A DNA stretch of 64,000 nucleotides from a virus (taxonomy: Duplodnaviria > Heunggongvirae > Uroviricota > Caudoviricetes): positions 30,130 through 94,129 of the IMG/VR virus record IMGVR_UViG_3300029288_000083. One strand, written 5' to 3'. The notes below the pieces were generated by a model. The model was given only the letters and a program-made list of their open reading frames with translations, did not search any database and was not told the DNA's origin. A program made the translations under genes and the position numbers. Position 1 is the stretch's first letter. Every line of letters begins with the position of its first letter. Positions 26,489 to 35,868 of the stretch are shown piece after piece.

Positions 26489-27067
26489 TTATATTTTTCT
26501 TTTATATGCATTTGCTTCAATTTTTGGCAAATGACGTTTCATCCAATCTCTAGTTTTTTGCGGCGTCATTTCAATAATTTCAGCAACCCTTTTGCACCAC
26601 CCAAATTCTTCAAAGTTTATATTTCCGTTTATAACCTTTTCTTTCAATTCTTCTATTGCGTCTTTCTTTTTTTGTTCTGATAAAAAACGTACCGTCTTGT
26701 AATATTTTTTTCTATATTCACGTGTCGAATTTTTATTTGCGCCTTTATACGTTGCAGTTAAAGAATGACAGTTTGGACAAAGAACTCTTAAATTATCAAT
26801 ACTGTTATTAATAGGATTCCCGTCAATATGATCTATTTCTAAAGGAATCTTGTTTGTATATTCATTAACTTCATGCCAACCACACATCGAACATTTATTA
26901 TCTGCATTAGATAAGATCCAACGTCTAGCCGGACTTGTGATTTTTCGTTCATATGCATCAAGTTCAAGCCATTTTTGCAATAGCATGTTACTGAAGTATT
27001 CTGCTTGACATTTATTATCACAAAATTTATTGCCTTTAATTTCTTTTCCGCAATTGATACATTCCAT
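26489..27067 (-). CDS. HNH endonuclease
   Basis: 'CSMCGWHEVNEYTNKIPLEIDHIDGNPINNSIDNLRVLCPNCH' is a classic HNH. C-terminal DNA-binding-like tail is shared with 23279..23971. Confidence 0.6.
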   Translation of the reverse strand: MECINCGKEIKGNKFCDNKCQAEYFSNMLLQKWLELDAYERKITSPARRWILSNADNKCSMCGWHEVNEYTNKIPLEIDHIDGNPINNSIDNLRVLCPNCHSLTATYKGANKNSTREYRKKYYKTVRFLSEQKKKDAIEELKEKVINGNINFEEFGWCKRVAEIIEMTPQKTRDWMKRHLPKIEANAYKRKI

Positions 27068-27145
27068 AATTTTTTAATTTATTTTATATATCAAATGTTA
27101 GGTTCCGAAAAATATTAAACTGCTTTGGTTCCATTTTTATTTTAG

Positions 27146-27221
27146 GGTGAAAGACGGGCCTCGAACCCGCAACCTCCTGAACCACAATCAGGCACTCTAA
27201 CCAATTGAGCTACAATCACCA
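27146..27221 (-). tRNA. tRNA-like (tentative His-GTG, imperfect acceptor)
   Basis: T-arm acggg/cctcgaa/cccgc. Anticodon arm cctga/accacaa/tcagg. Two acceptor mismatches. Confidence 0.4.
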
Positions 27222-27231
27222 TGTATTTTTG

Positions 27232-27305
27232 TGGAGCCCGTGGGACTCGAACCCACAACCCCCGCCGTGCAAGGGCGGTGCTCTAGCCAATTGAGCTAGG
27301 ACCCC
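27232..27305 (-). tRNA. tRNA (tentative Ala-TGC)
   Basis: T-arm gtggg/actcgaa/cccac. Anticodon arm ccgcc/gtgcaag/ggcgg. D-arm gctctagccaattgagctag. Confidence 0.55.
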
Positions 27306-27378
27306 AAATGTCAGGTTGCAATTGTTTTCTTTACCATAAGATGAATCATGCTGTACGCAACCTTTAAATTTGTTATTG

Positions 27379-27465
27379 AGGAGAGTAAGGGATTCGAACC
27401 CTTGGACCGTGTTACCGGTCACTTGTTTAGCAAACAAGCCATATCAGCCACTCATGCAACTCTCC
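27379..27465 (-). tRNA. tRNA, class II (tentative Ser-GCT)
   Basis: Perfect acceptor ggagagt/actctcc. Anticodon arm cttgt/ttagcaa/acaag. Confidence 0.6.
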
Positions 27466-27470
27466 ATTAG

Positions 27471-27554
27471 AGCAAGTAACTGGATTTGAACCAGTGATTG
27501 GACGAACCTAACGGTTTTGCAGACCGTTCCCTTAGACCACTCGGGCATACTTGC
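27471..27554 (-). tRNA. tRNA with long variable region (anticodon loop reads GCA, tentative)
   Basis: Perfect acceptor gcaagta/tacttgc. T-arm actgg/atttgaa/ccagt. Confidence 0.5.
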
Positions 27555-27561
27555 AATTCAG

Positions 27562-27648
27562 AGGAAGGTGAGGGATTCGAACCCTCGGACCGTGTTACCG
27601 GCCACTGGTTTTCAAGACCAGCGCAATCGCCCGCTCTGCCAACCTTCC
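27562..27648 (-). tRNA. tRNA, class II (tentative Ser-TGA)
   Basis: Perfect acceptor ggaaggt/accttcc. Anticodon arm ctggt/tttcaag/accag. Confidence 0.6.
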
Positions 27649-27821
27649 ATATAGTTTATTCAATAACTACCTTGTAGTTTTTTCTTGAATAATTTTTTGC
27701 AGATTTGTGCACTTTATGAATTGCAACAAATCCGGTTTTATTTTCAATTTCTGCTTCTCTGGAACCTCTTCGATTTGCTTTAATATAATCGGATTCCGTA
27801 ATTTCAAACTTTTTCATATTT

Positions 27822-28157
27822 TTATTTTATTTCCTTTTCTTTAATTTCAACTGGTACGATTGCATTTATTCCAAAGTGATACAATTTTGATTTCGTACGA
27901 ACAGTTTTCACTAACCCAGTTTTATACATTTCAGTTAAAATGTTTTCGTAATTATTGCCTGAGAAAACGTATTTTAAATTAGCAGCAGTTGACATCCAAT
28001 AATGATTTCTCAAACAAGCTTTATGTTTGTTTATTTCAAGTTTAACATCTTTTAATAAACAGCCTGGATTTTTTTCAATGAATTCTATTGCTTTATTCAT
28101 TGCATTTTTGTTTTCCGCTTTTAATTTTGCCATATTAGTGAATTTTAAATTTATCAA
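27822..28157 (-). CDS. hypothetical protein
   Basis: ORF only. Confidence 0.3.
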   Translation of the reverse strand: MINLKFTNMAKLKAENKNAMNKAIEFIEKNPGCLLKDVKLEINKHKACLRNHYWMSTAANLKYVFSGNNYENILTEMYKTGLVKTVRTKSKLYHFGINAIVPVEIKEKEIK

Positions 28158-28159
28158 TT

Positions 28160-28205
28160 AATTAAAATCAAATATACAACATTAATGAAGCAATAGCAAT
28201 AGTTT
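28160..28205 (-). promoter_or_regulatory. class-2 conserved intergenic motif (Bacteroidetes sigmaA-like promoter), representative copy
   Basis: Plus 'ttaaaatcaaatatacaacattaatgaagcaatagcaatag'. On minus this reads CTATTGCTATTGC…TTGTATATTTGATTT and contains TTG…TAnnTTTG. About 12 copies, including 1720-1760, 9595-9640, 11680-11725, 24300-24350, 30510-30560, 42350-42385, 42455-42500, 43480-43520, 58750-58800, 58855-58900 and 19335-19370. Confidence 0.45.
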
Positions 28206-28220
28206 TATCATTTATTTTTG

Positions 28221-28293
28221 TGGAGCCGCGGGAAATCGAACCCCGATATGTAGAGTGCAAATCTACCGTAATCGCCATTATACTACGGCCCCA
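28221..28293 (-). tRNA. tRNA
   Basis: T-arm with ttcgatt loop. Acceptor ggagccg/cggcccc (one G-U). Confidence 0.5.
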
Positions 28294-28384
28294 TGTTCAG
28301 GTTGCAACTTTGTGGGTTTGAACCACGATTCTGTTTTCGAGACGGAATTTTAACCTAAGTTGTTTGCTGTAAGCAACCTTTTAG

Positions 28385-28459
28385 TAGAGTAGACAAGACT
28401 CGAACTTGCGACCTCCTGAATCCAAATCAGGTAATCTAAACCAACTGATATACTACTCT
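28385..28459 (-). tRNA. tRNA (tentative Pro-TGG)
   Basis: Perfect acceptor agagtag/ctactct. Anticodon arm cctga/atccaaa/tcagg. Confidence 0.6.
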
Positions 28460-28470
28460 ATAAATTTTGT

Positions 28471-28545
28471 CGGGGGTAGCAGGATTCGAACCTGCAACCT
28501 CCTGGTCCCAAACCAGGCGCGATAACCGGATTACGCTATACCCCG
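28471..28545 (-). tRNA. tRNA (anticodon loop also reads TGG, tentative)
   Basis: T-arm gcagg/attcgaa/cctgc. Anticodon arm cctgg/tcccaaa/ccagg. Confidence 0.55.
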
Positions 28546-28602
28546 AAATTTGATTATTTTCTTCCTTTTATATATCAAAGTTCGAATTCCTAAATTATTA
28601 TG

Positions 28603-28683
28603 TTATGCAGGAGGGATTCGAACCCCCATGTCCGAAGAACCGATTTTACAGACCGGCGAGCCAACCAATTGCTCAACTGCACA
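28603..28683 (-). tRNA. tRNA, class II (anticodon unresolved)
   Basis: T-arm gaggg/attcgaa/ccccc. Acceptor tatgcag/ctgcaca. Confidence 0.45.
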
Positions 28684-28699
28684 ATGTATTTTTATTAGA

Positions 28700-28771
28700 G
28701 CCTTGTTACGGATTCGAACCGCAGTTTCCTGATTACAAGTCAGGAGTAATTGACCAACTATACGAACAAGG
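28700..28771 (-). tRNA. tRNA (tentative Thr-TGT), copy 2
   Basis: Exact duplicate of 26413..26484, including 3-4 flanking nt. Confidence 0.65.
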
Positions 28772-28778
28772 CAATTTG

Positions 28779-28860
28779 TGGGAGTAGTAGGACTCGAACC
28801 TACGAAGGCCGAAGCCGAGGGATTTACAGTCCCTTGCAATTGCCGCTATGCGATACTCCC
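28779..28860 (-). tRNA. tRNA, class II (tentative Tyr-GTA)
   Basis: Perfect acceptor gggagta/tactccc. Anticodon arm aggga/tttacag/tccct. Variable arm gaaggccgaagcc. Confidence 0.6.
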
Positions 28861-28918
28861 AAATAAACCGAAATGTCAAAGAACATTGCAATCAAATTGC
28901 AATGTTAAGTTTTTCTCA

Positions 28919-28954
28919 TAAAAAAAACCGGATTCTTGTTAGAACCCGGTTTTC
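28919..28954 (-). terminator. rho-independent terminator (bidirectional-looking)
   Basis: Stem aaccgg/ccggtt flanked by A8 and T4. Confidence 0.5.
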
Positions 28955-29141
28955 AATATTATTTGAACAATGTTTATTCAAATACATATGTAACCGGGTT
29001 ATCACTCGTAGGGGCTACTGGATAGCCTGCAGAGCAACGTCCTGATGCGAAATGATATGTACTCGATGTTGTTTTCATTGTTTTATTTTTTATGATTAAT
29101 TTTATTATATATTACTTTTTATTTTTCTTTTTTTACAAGAA

Positions 29142-29576
29142 TTATTTTCTTGCAGCTTTTTGTTTTTTTGTTTCTTTTGCCTTGAATTCTTCAAGTTTTA
29201 ATGAATCACCAGGAAGCAAATTAATTTGTTTCTTTGGGTCAACACCGTGTGCTCTTAAAAGCGCATTGTGTTTTGCTTTTGCCATTTTCACCTCAGCACG
29301 TTCTGCTGCAGTTTTTTCCCACGTTTTGCCTGTAACCATATCCTCAGGTTTGATAACACGCAAATTGATTTCTCTGTGGATTTCAGCCTTGCGTCTTTCG
29401 TAGTCAGGACCGTAATCTCCGCGTGCAAATCCCTTCATGAATTCAGCGTTATCGTCGTGCTTTCTTTTTTTGTGGTCGCCTTTGCTATCCACAGTTTCTG
29501 TTTCCGATTTGCCAGAATGTGCAGATTGGAATTTTACAGTTTCATCAACTTCAACGTTGTCAATAATTTCAGCCAT
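29142..29576 (-). CDS. highly charged Lys/Glu-rich protein
   Basis: ORF. About 35% K/R/E/D. Confidence 0.35.
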   Translation of the reverse strand: MAEIIDNVEVDETVKFQSAHSGKSETETVDSKGDHKKRKHDDNAEFMKGFARGDYGPDYERRKAEIHREINLRVIKPEDMVTGKTWEKTAAERAEVKMAKAKHNALLRAHGVDPKKQINLLPGDSLKLEEFKAKETKKQKAARK

Positions 29577-29649
29577 TTTTATAAATTTTAATTGTTAATT
29601 TTGATTTGTAATAATTATATACACAAGTATTTAAAAGTTTCAATTTATT

Positions 29650-30120
29650 TTAAATATTTTTTGAAATATTTTCATTAAGTATTTTTAATGCAATTTCTTT
29701 TAACGTTTTAGTATCGTCATATTCAACATTTGCAATTTCATTAAGAAATTGCGCTTTACGTTCATCAGTTATAATCCAATTGCCTGCTGTTTCATATTTT
29801 TTCGATAATCTTTCAGATACTAATTTTGTATTAATGTCCTCCATCATTTTTCTTCCAGATTCTGTTATTGCTTCAGCAGTTTCTTTATCATACGGTAAAA
29901 TATCAAAACGTTTCATTACATGCGGATAAAGTCCAGCAAATTGAAACATGCTATCTATTCTATCGTACAAATCAGTATTACCTGGGTATTTGCTACAGAA
30001 TAATGATATCTGTCTAATAGTTTCGCCATGTTGTATGGAATGCATTTCACATTCTCTAATTTTCCATGGGTCGATACGAATATCATTTGTTCCATCAAAT
30101 TCCAAATCGTCGTAAATCAT
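29650..30120 (-). CDS. hypothetical protein
   Basis: ORF only. Confidence 0.35.
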   Translation of the reverse strand: MIYDDLEFDGTNDIRIDPWKIRECEMHSIQHGETIRQISLFCSKYPGNTDLYDRIDSMFQFAGLYPHVMKRFDILPYDKETAEAITESGRKMMEDINTKLVSERLSKKYETAGNWIITDERKAQFLNEIANVEYDDTKTLKEIALKILNENISKNI

Positions 30121-30168
30121 ATTGTCAATTTTAATTTATTGTTATATACAGAACTTTAAATTAGTTTG

Positions 30169-30432
30169 CTATTTACGCATTAATTTTTTGTACCAAGATA
30201 TATCTTCATCCTCATATTTCATATATCCGAACCAAGATTTGCCATCTTTGCGCATGCACCATAAATTTCGAACTTCATTCATATTTATTGGTAACAACAT
30301 TAAATCAAAGTCGTCAATAAGAATTGAAACTTTAGACTGTTTTCTGAACATTCGATTATTAATTCGTTTGTCCTTTTTTTCGCTTCCTCCGCCATGACCG
30401 CATATTGGAGTTTTTTTGTAAGATCTGCTCAT
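30169..30432 (-). CDS. hypothetical small protein
   Basis: ORF only. Confidence 0.3.
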   Translation of the reverse strand: MSRSYKKTPICGHGGGSEKKDKRINNRMFRKQSKVSILIDDFDLMLLPINMNEVRNLWCMRKDGKSWFGYMKYEDEDISWYKKLMRK

Positions 30433-30559
30433 GTTTTCTAAGTTATTTTAATTTACTTAGAAAACGATACCCTTGCCTTTCATTTATATGATTATTTTAA
30501 GTTATATTAATTGAAACAAATATAAACTATTTTTTATGCAATAGCAATAGTTTTATTAT

Positions 30560-31072
30560 TTATTTTACAATTTTACTATTATTGTCTAAATTACATAAAG
30601 TTCCTTTTACAAGAATCTTTTCTTTTAACTGAGTCCAATCAGTTATTTTATTTGAATCATACGGTTTTGCTCCGTCTGCTCTATTTATTGCTAACGTTAT
30701 ATGTGGAAATGCAATTGAACTTGCAAATTGGTCAAATCCTTTTACAATAACTTTTACAGCAAGAACTCTACCGTTTATCAAACCTATATGTGTTAATGTA
30801 ATGTCGAATTGCTTGCCAAGGTCAGGCAATAAGTTATTTGGTGTAGGACCCATTCCAACAGTTACGTGATGCGCAATTGTTTCCCAAGCTTGTGTTTGTT
30901 CCCAATTGTCAACAACAAGTTTACAAAGTTTATTTGCTCTGTCTTTTTCGTCAATAACGAATGCGTGATATGATATTCCCATCTGATTTAATTTATTGTT
31001 ATATACATAACATACAAATAGTTTAAGTTCATAATGTTGCATTAAATGAACTTTTATAAATGATAATAACAA
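30560..31072 (-). CDS. 2H phosphoesterase superfamily protein (LigT/CPDase-like)
   Basis: Two H-x-T/S-x motifs 'AHHVTVGMG' and 'FPHITLAIN' at the spacing expected for a 2H fold. The true start may be the internal Met (MGISYHAF). Confidence 0.5.
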   Translation of the reverse strand: MLLSFIKVHLMQHYELKLFVCYVYNNKLNQMGISYHAFVIDEKDRANKLCKLVVDNWEQTQAWETIAHHVTVGMGPTPNNLLPDLGKQFDITLTHIGLINGRVLAVKVIVKGFDQFASSIAFPHITLAINRADGAKPYDSNKITDWTQLKEKILVKGTLCNLDNNSKIVK

Positions 31073-31152
31073 CTACAATAAAGTTTATTGAGTTTCCGTA
31101 TTATCTTTAGAATTAATTCTACGGCATTTTCGATTCAATGTATTATAAACTA

Positions 31153-31186
31153 AAAAACACTGGAACCTTTCGATTCCAGTGTTTTG
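31153..31186 (-). terminator. rho-independent terminator after the flotillin gene
   Basis: Stem aacactggaa/ttccagtgtt flanked by A6 and T4. Confidence 0.5.
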
Positions 31187-31204
31187 ATTATTAATTTATT
31201 ACAA

Positions 31205-32788
31205 TTATGCAGATAAATCAGTTTTATCCGATTTTTTAGCATTATCAGTAATTGCCTTTGTCACTTTATGAGCGGCAACTGATTCGTTTGTTGCCTTTTC
31301 ACCTGCTCCTTGCATGAAACCAGGTAGTTCAGCGCCTACTTGATTGAATACGTCCTTCATAGGAGGTAACATTGCAAACAGATTTTTCATGAAACCTGCA
31401 GTAGAGTTAGAATCGCCGTTAGAACCGCCGTTGCCAGAATCCCATACAGTGATTTTATCAAATTTGATATTTTTGATTGCGTCCACTTGAATTCTCATGA
31501 TTTCAGGTAATTTATCAGCAATCATCAATTGTGCAGCCTTTTCAGCAGAACCTGCAGCCGCAACGATTTTAGCAAAACCTTCCGCTTGTTTTGTTAAGAT
31601 TTCTTGGTGTCCTTTCGCTTCAGCTTCCATTTTAAGGAATACAGCATCAGCCTCACCTTGAGCAATTTTACGAGTTGCATCAGCAGTTGCTTCAGCTTCA
31701 ACGATTTGTTTTTGTTTTGCAATTTCAGCAGGAACAACAGTATTTGCATATTGTGTTGCTTTATCTTTTTCTGCACGTTTTACCTCAGCAAGACGTTCTG
31801 CTTCGTAAGAATCTTTAAGAGCTTCAGCAGTTGATACCTTTTGAGCAGTTATTGCCTTTTTGTTTGCTTCAGCTTCAGCAACTTGTCTATCAGCAGATGT
31901 TTTAGCAATTGCAATGGCTGCAGTATTTTCTCCTTCAATTGCTTTTGCATTTGCAGCAGCAGTTTGTACACGTTTCGATTGTGCAGCTTCAGCTTCACCT
32001 ACTTCAGCAGCAGCGGTTGCAGCAGCAATTGATTTACGTCGAACCTGGTCAGCATTTGCTTCACCGATTTCTGTATCTGCTTCAAGAGCAGCAACTTCAG
32101 TACGTTTTTGTTTTTCTGCAGTTGCAACACCGATTGCTCCTTCACGTTGTTTATTTGCAACAGATACAGCAGCTTCATTTATAACACGAGCAGCAGCTTC
32201 TTTACCAAGAGCATTAAGATATCCCGATTCATCATTGATGTCAGTTACGTTAACGTTGATAAGTTTCAAACCAATTTTTTGTAACTCATCCTCAAGATTT
32301 GTTTGAATTGCTGTTAAAAATTTATCACGGTCTGAATTGATTTCCTCAATGTCCATTGTTGCAATAACAAGACGCATTTGACCAAAGATGATATCTTGAG
32401 CAAGTGATGCAATTGTTGCACGGTCAAGTCCAAGTAATCGTTCAGCTGCATTTTGTCGAACACCGTCTTCAGCAGAAATAGCAACAGTAAATGTTGAAGG
32501 CACATCAATACGAATGTTTTGTTTTGATAACGCATTTTTTAAATTTACATCAAGAGCAATAGGTTTCAAATCAAGAAACGCAAAGTCCTGAATAACGGGC
32601 CATATAAATTGACCGCCACCGTGTGTAACATGAGCAGTTGTTGTTTCGCCCGATGCAGATTTTCCCGTCTTCCCATAAACAACCAAAAGTTTATCTGACG
32701 GACAGCGTTGATAACGTTTTACCATTGCTGCGATTAATGCGAATACCGACAATGCGGCGACGCAAACTAGAATTAAAGTGTACACCAT
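31205..32788 (-). CDS. flotillin-like SPFH/Band-7 protein
   Basis: N-terminal TM helix, then an SPFH-like region. Long Ala/Glu-rich coiled coil with 'EAEA' repeats, typical of flotillin/YqiK. Confidence 0.65.
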   Translation of the reverse strand: MVYTLILVCVAALSVFALIAAMVKRYQRCPSDKLLVVYGKTGKSASGETTTAHVTHGGGQFIWPVIQDFAFLDLKPIALDVNLKNALSKQNIRIDVPSTFTVAISAEDGVRQNAAERLLGLDRATIASLAQDIIFGQMRLVIATMDIEEINSDRDKFLTAIQTNLEDELQKIGLKLINVNVTDINDESGYLNALGKEAAARVINEAAVSVANKQREGAIGVATAEKQKRTEVAALEADTEIGEANADQVRRKSIAAATAAAEVGEAEAAQSKRVQTAAANAKAIEGENTAAIAIAKTSADRQVAEAEANKKAITAQKVSTAEALKDSYEAERLAEVKRAEKDKATQYANTVVPAEIAKQKQIVEAEATADATRKIAQGEADAVFLKMEAEAKGHQEILTKQAEGFAKIVAAAGSAEKAAQLMIADKLPEIMRIQVDAIKNIKFDKITVWDSGNGGSNGDSNSTAGFMKNLFAMLPPMKDVFNQVGAELPGFMQGAGEKATNESVAAHKVTKAITDNAKKSDKTDLSA

Positions 32789-32837
32789 AAGTAATTAAGA
32801 TTAAGTTAGAAATTAAAGATATATTTAAGATTAGAAA

Positions 32838-33386
32838 TTACTGATAAGTTACAATAATGTTGCCATCATTGATTTCATAAACTGTTACTGACCGTCCGGT
32901 TTCAATTGTACCACAATTTGATATTGCATCAAGAATTTTTACAGAACCGCCAAAATCAATTTTTATTTTTCCTTTGCTATTCTCTGGTATTTTTAAATAC
33001 ACAGTACCCACTCTACCGATAAGTGTATTTATATCAGGTGTGCCATCTTGTCGAAATTTTCGCATTCCATACATTGTTAAAACCAATACAACAATTGTTA
33101 GTACGCCACAGATTGTTCCTAATAATAATGAGATTCCTTGTGAGAATCCTATATTATGAAATTGCAATGTTGATAACGATGTGACAAGTAATAACTTAAC
33201 AAGGTTTGTATATGTAAACCAAGTAAAATTATGATCTAATGAATCACCATCAGTATCGTGGTCACTATTGATTCCAAATAAATTTGCAACAAACATTGCC
33301 AAGAAAATAATACCGGAGAATATAGCAATAAAAATTAATGTATATTCAAACCCGGAACATGTTGAAAGATAATTTGTAAAATTCAT
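32838..33386 (-). CDS. NfeD-like membrane protein
   Basis: Several N-terminal TM helices. C-terminal beta domain 'GKIKIDFGGSVKILDAISNCGTIETGRSVTVYEINDGNIIVTY'. Sits immediately downstream of the flotillin gene (canonical NfeD-SPFH pairing). Confidence 0.5.
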   Translation of the reverse strand: MNFTNYLSTCSGFEYTLIFIAIFSGIIFLAMFVANLFGINSDHDTDGDSLDHNFTWFTYTNLVKLLLVTSLSTLQFHNIGFSQGISLLLGTICGVLTIVVLVLTMYGMRKFRQDGTPDINTLIGRVGTVYLKIPENSKGKIKIDFGGSVKILDAISNCGTIETGRSVTVYEINDGNIIVTYQ

Positions 33387-33387
33387 A

Positions 33388-33882
33388 TTATAAATTCATA
33401 TTAATAATTGTTTGTGTTACTCGATTTATGTGTTCAGTTTCCTCTTCTTCTGTATATCGTTGATTACTGCCTGTTAATTCAAAATAACGATTTGGGTCAT
33501 AATCACGACAATGCGATAAATAACTATTGTGAGCATTTTTAATTTTCAAACCAATTTCTTGAACAGAAATTTCGCGAATACTAATTAAAGATGATTCGTA
33601 CGAATTTGTTCCGTACGTTTGTTCTTCAGATATTAAAATGTATTGTTTATTGCAATACGGACATTTATATATCATGTCATGCGAATTGGGTACACGATAC
33701 CAGCCGGTTTTACCGTAATAATAATCGCGTTTATTTGGAAGGATTTTTGTGCAGGTACAAGAATCTGAGTTTTCTTTCCTGAATAATTTTGAAATTTTAG
33801 TTGAGATATTTTCGCTAATCGAATACACCCGAATAAGGTGTTGTGACGTTGGATTTATTTCTTTAAAGATCATATCAATCAA
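33388..33882 (-). CDS. hypothetical Cys-containing protein
   Basis: ORF. 'CPYCNKQY' zinc-ribbon-like. Confidence 0.3.
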   Translation of the reverse strand: MIDMIFKEINPTSQHLIRVYSISENISTKISKLFRKENSDSCTCTKILPNKRDYYYGKTGWYRVPNSHDMIYKCPYCNKQYILISEEQTYGTNSYESSLISIREISVQEIGLKIKNAHNSYLSHCRDYDPNRYFELTGSNQRYTEEEETEHINRVTQTIINMNL

Positions 33883-33942
33883 TTAACTTGTATTATCAAT
33901 TTTATTTTATATACAGAAACATTAAATAGTTTCAATATCTTG

Positions 33943-34017
33943 TAGCGAGAGACGGACTCGAACCGTCGACCTCTGGGTTATGAGCCCAGCTAGCTTCCAA
34001 CTGCTAACATCTCGCAA
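33943..34017 (-). tRNA. tRNA (CAU anticodon loop, Met/Ile2-type)
   Basis: T-arm gacgg/actcgaa/ccgtc. Anticodon arm ctggg/ttatgag/cccag. Confidence 0.55.
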
Positions 34018-34112
34018 TGTATTTTCAAATTACATTAACTTCTTTAAGTTGAACTGTTATAAATAATGTTCAAATCTTCTAATGTAATTATTGCACGCGT
34101 GCAACTTTTTTG

Positions 34113-34184
34113 TTGCGGGAGCAGGATTCGAACCTGCGGCCTCCAGCTTATGAGGCTGGCGAGCTACCCCTGCTCTATCCCGCA
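34113..34184 (-). tRNA. tRNA (CAU anticodon loop)
   Basis: Perfect acceptor tgcggga/tcccgca. T-arm gcagg/attcgaa/cctgc. Anticodon arm ccagc/ttatgag/gctgg. Confidence 0.6.
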
Positions 34185-34382
34185 ATGTATCTTAAAAATA
34201 TAGGATGTCTGGCGTAAGCTCGTTCCGAAGAACTACATGTTATAAAATAACACCCGTCTAGTTGTCCACTAATGTTAAAGCTTGGACCTATATTTAATTT
34301 TTTAAAAACGATGACTACTCAAACATAATCCACAATTCAATAACTGTTTCTAAAGGCCTACAACTTCGGCATCGTTTATTTG

Positions 34383-34453
34383 TAACGCATATAGGATTCG
34401 AACCTATGTTTCAACCGTCAGCGATTGCGCCCTTACCCCTAGACTAATGCGTC
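34383..34453 (-). tRNA. possible tRNA (poorly resolved)
   Basis: T-arm atagg/attcgaa/cctat. Acceptor aacgcat/atgcgtc. Anticodon arm not resolved. Confidence 0.3.
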
Positions 34454-35115
34454 GAACGTTTGTTTGAACTCGGCAAAGTTCACTTCAACGTTTCTAACAA
34501 GATATTTGCCGTACCTTGTTAAAGAGTTAAAAGAAACAGATTATCTATCCAGAACGGAAAGGCTCAATTTTATCACCAGATTTCTGGTAAAGAGCACCCT
34601 GTTTCTCTTATATTTTGTATTGCAAAATCACCCACCGGTACATTAGCGCAGCCTAGAAAGTCTCAGATCGGGTTAGGATCCTCAAGCAACAATTTCGACT
34701 GAAGGCTTTATCTTGGCACTCCAGAACTTAATCTGATTCTGCAATACGAATTTTATTGTAATTCGATTCCCAAATACGAACAATACGTATCAAGAACCAA
34801 ACCCATGTTATAACCAATTTCAAATTCTCTTTGAGATTTTGCATTTGCTAAATAAATCAAAATGATATCAGCAAAAGGCTGATAAAAATAACGAACTTTA
34901 AAATTTGTTATTTTCAATCTCAAGTTTTTGTACCGTTCAATGATTTTCATAATTTGTCAATTTTAATTTTATATTATATACAAGAACATTCATTAGTTTC
35001 AAAAATATTAAAATAAAATTGAAAATTATTAGACTCTCTGGAATCCTCGTACTTATACCGAAGTATACGTCAATATTTTTCAATTTTATTTTATATACAG
35101 AATTTTTTAATAGTT

Positions 35116-35427
35116 TCATTTTAATGATGGGTATTTTGCATCAATCTCATCAATTAAATGATATGGACTTCCAGATTCTACAAATTGAATATTCTTAAAC
35201 CCATTTTCTTCAGTGATAACAGAATCTTTTGCTAATACAGAACCTGTGTATTTTTGTCCATAATCGCCAGTTACAGTTTTTGTTGCAACATCAATGTCAC
35301 CCCAATCTGAACGGCCATTACCGATAGGCTCTACATAATATTTTTTTCCTGTGCGTATCGAAAATACGATATGCTTTCCTGTTTCCGATGAATTTACTAA
35401 GAAATTCTTGATGGGGTCTGAATCCAT
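35116..35427 (-). CDS. hypothetical protein
   Basis: ORF between tRNAs. Confidence 0.3.
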   Translation of the reverse strand: MDSDPIKNFLVNSSETGKHIVFSIRTGKKYYVEPIGNGRSDWGDIDVATKTVTGDYGQKYTGSVLAKDSVITEENGFKNIQFVESGSPYHLIDEIDAKYPSLK

Positions 35428-35450
35428 AATTTTACTTTATTTTAATTGTT

Positions 35451-35524
35451 AAGTTGGCCCTGAGGGATTCGAACCCCCGATCTTGTTCTTATGAGGAACT
35501 TGCGTTAACCAACTACGCCAAGGG
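35451..35524 (-). tRNA. tRNA (CAU anticodon loop)
   Basis: Perfect acceptor tggccct/agggcca. Anticodon arm gttc/ttatgag/gaac. Confidence 0.55.
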
Positions 35525-35533
35525 CCAGTTTAT

Positions 35534-35761
35534 TTATTTTCCTTTTGTTGAATAATATAATTTTATACTAGGATCATTATTTTTAATTGCTTCTTGCAAT
35601 GAAATTAAATCTTCAATTATTTTTGCTTCTCGATTTTCATCGTTTTTCAAATTTGGATTTAATGTTACGCTTGATATATCAAAACATGGCGTGTAACCAT
35701 TATCTGTTAGCAATTTTCGATAATGCTCTATTCTTTCTTGTGCTGCTTTATTTAATTTCAT
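35534..35761 (-). CDS. hypothetical small protein
   Basis: ORF between tRNAs. Confidence 0.3.
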   Translation of the reverse strand: MKLNKAAQERIEHYRKLLTDNGYTPCFDISSVTLNPNLKNDENREAKIIEDLISLQEAIKNNDPSIKLYYSTKGK

Positions 35762-35778
35762 AATTCTAATTTATTTTG

Positions 35779-35851
35779 TACACCTAACAGGATTCGAACC
35801 TGTACGAACTGCTTAGAAGGCAGTGATGCTAATCCGTTACATCATAGGTGC
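35779..35851 (-). tRNA. tRNA (tentative Arg-TCT)
   Basis: T-arm acagg/attcgaa/cctgt. Anticodon arm actgc/ttagaag/gcagt. Confidence 0.55.
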
Positions 35852-35868
35852 ATATTTTGCAATTATTG

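Noticed and set aside
31604-32306. Several plus-strand ORFs (31604..31834, 31841..32032, 31860..32306, 31909..32184) with Ala/Ser/Cys/Leu-rich low-complexity translations
   Set aside because: They lie entirely antisense to the flotillin gene's GCN-rich EA-repeat coiled-coil region. They are frame artefacts of the repetitive coding sequence.
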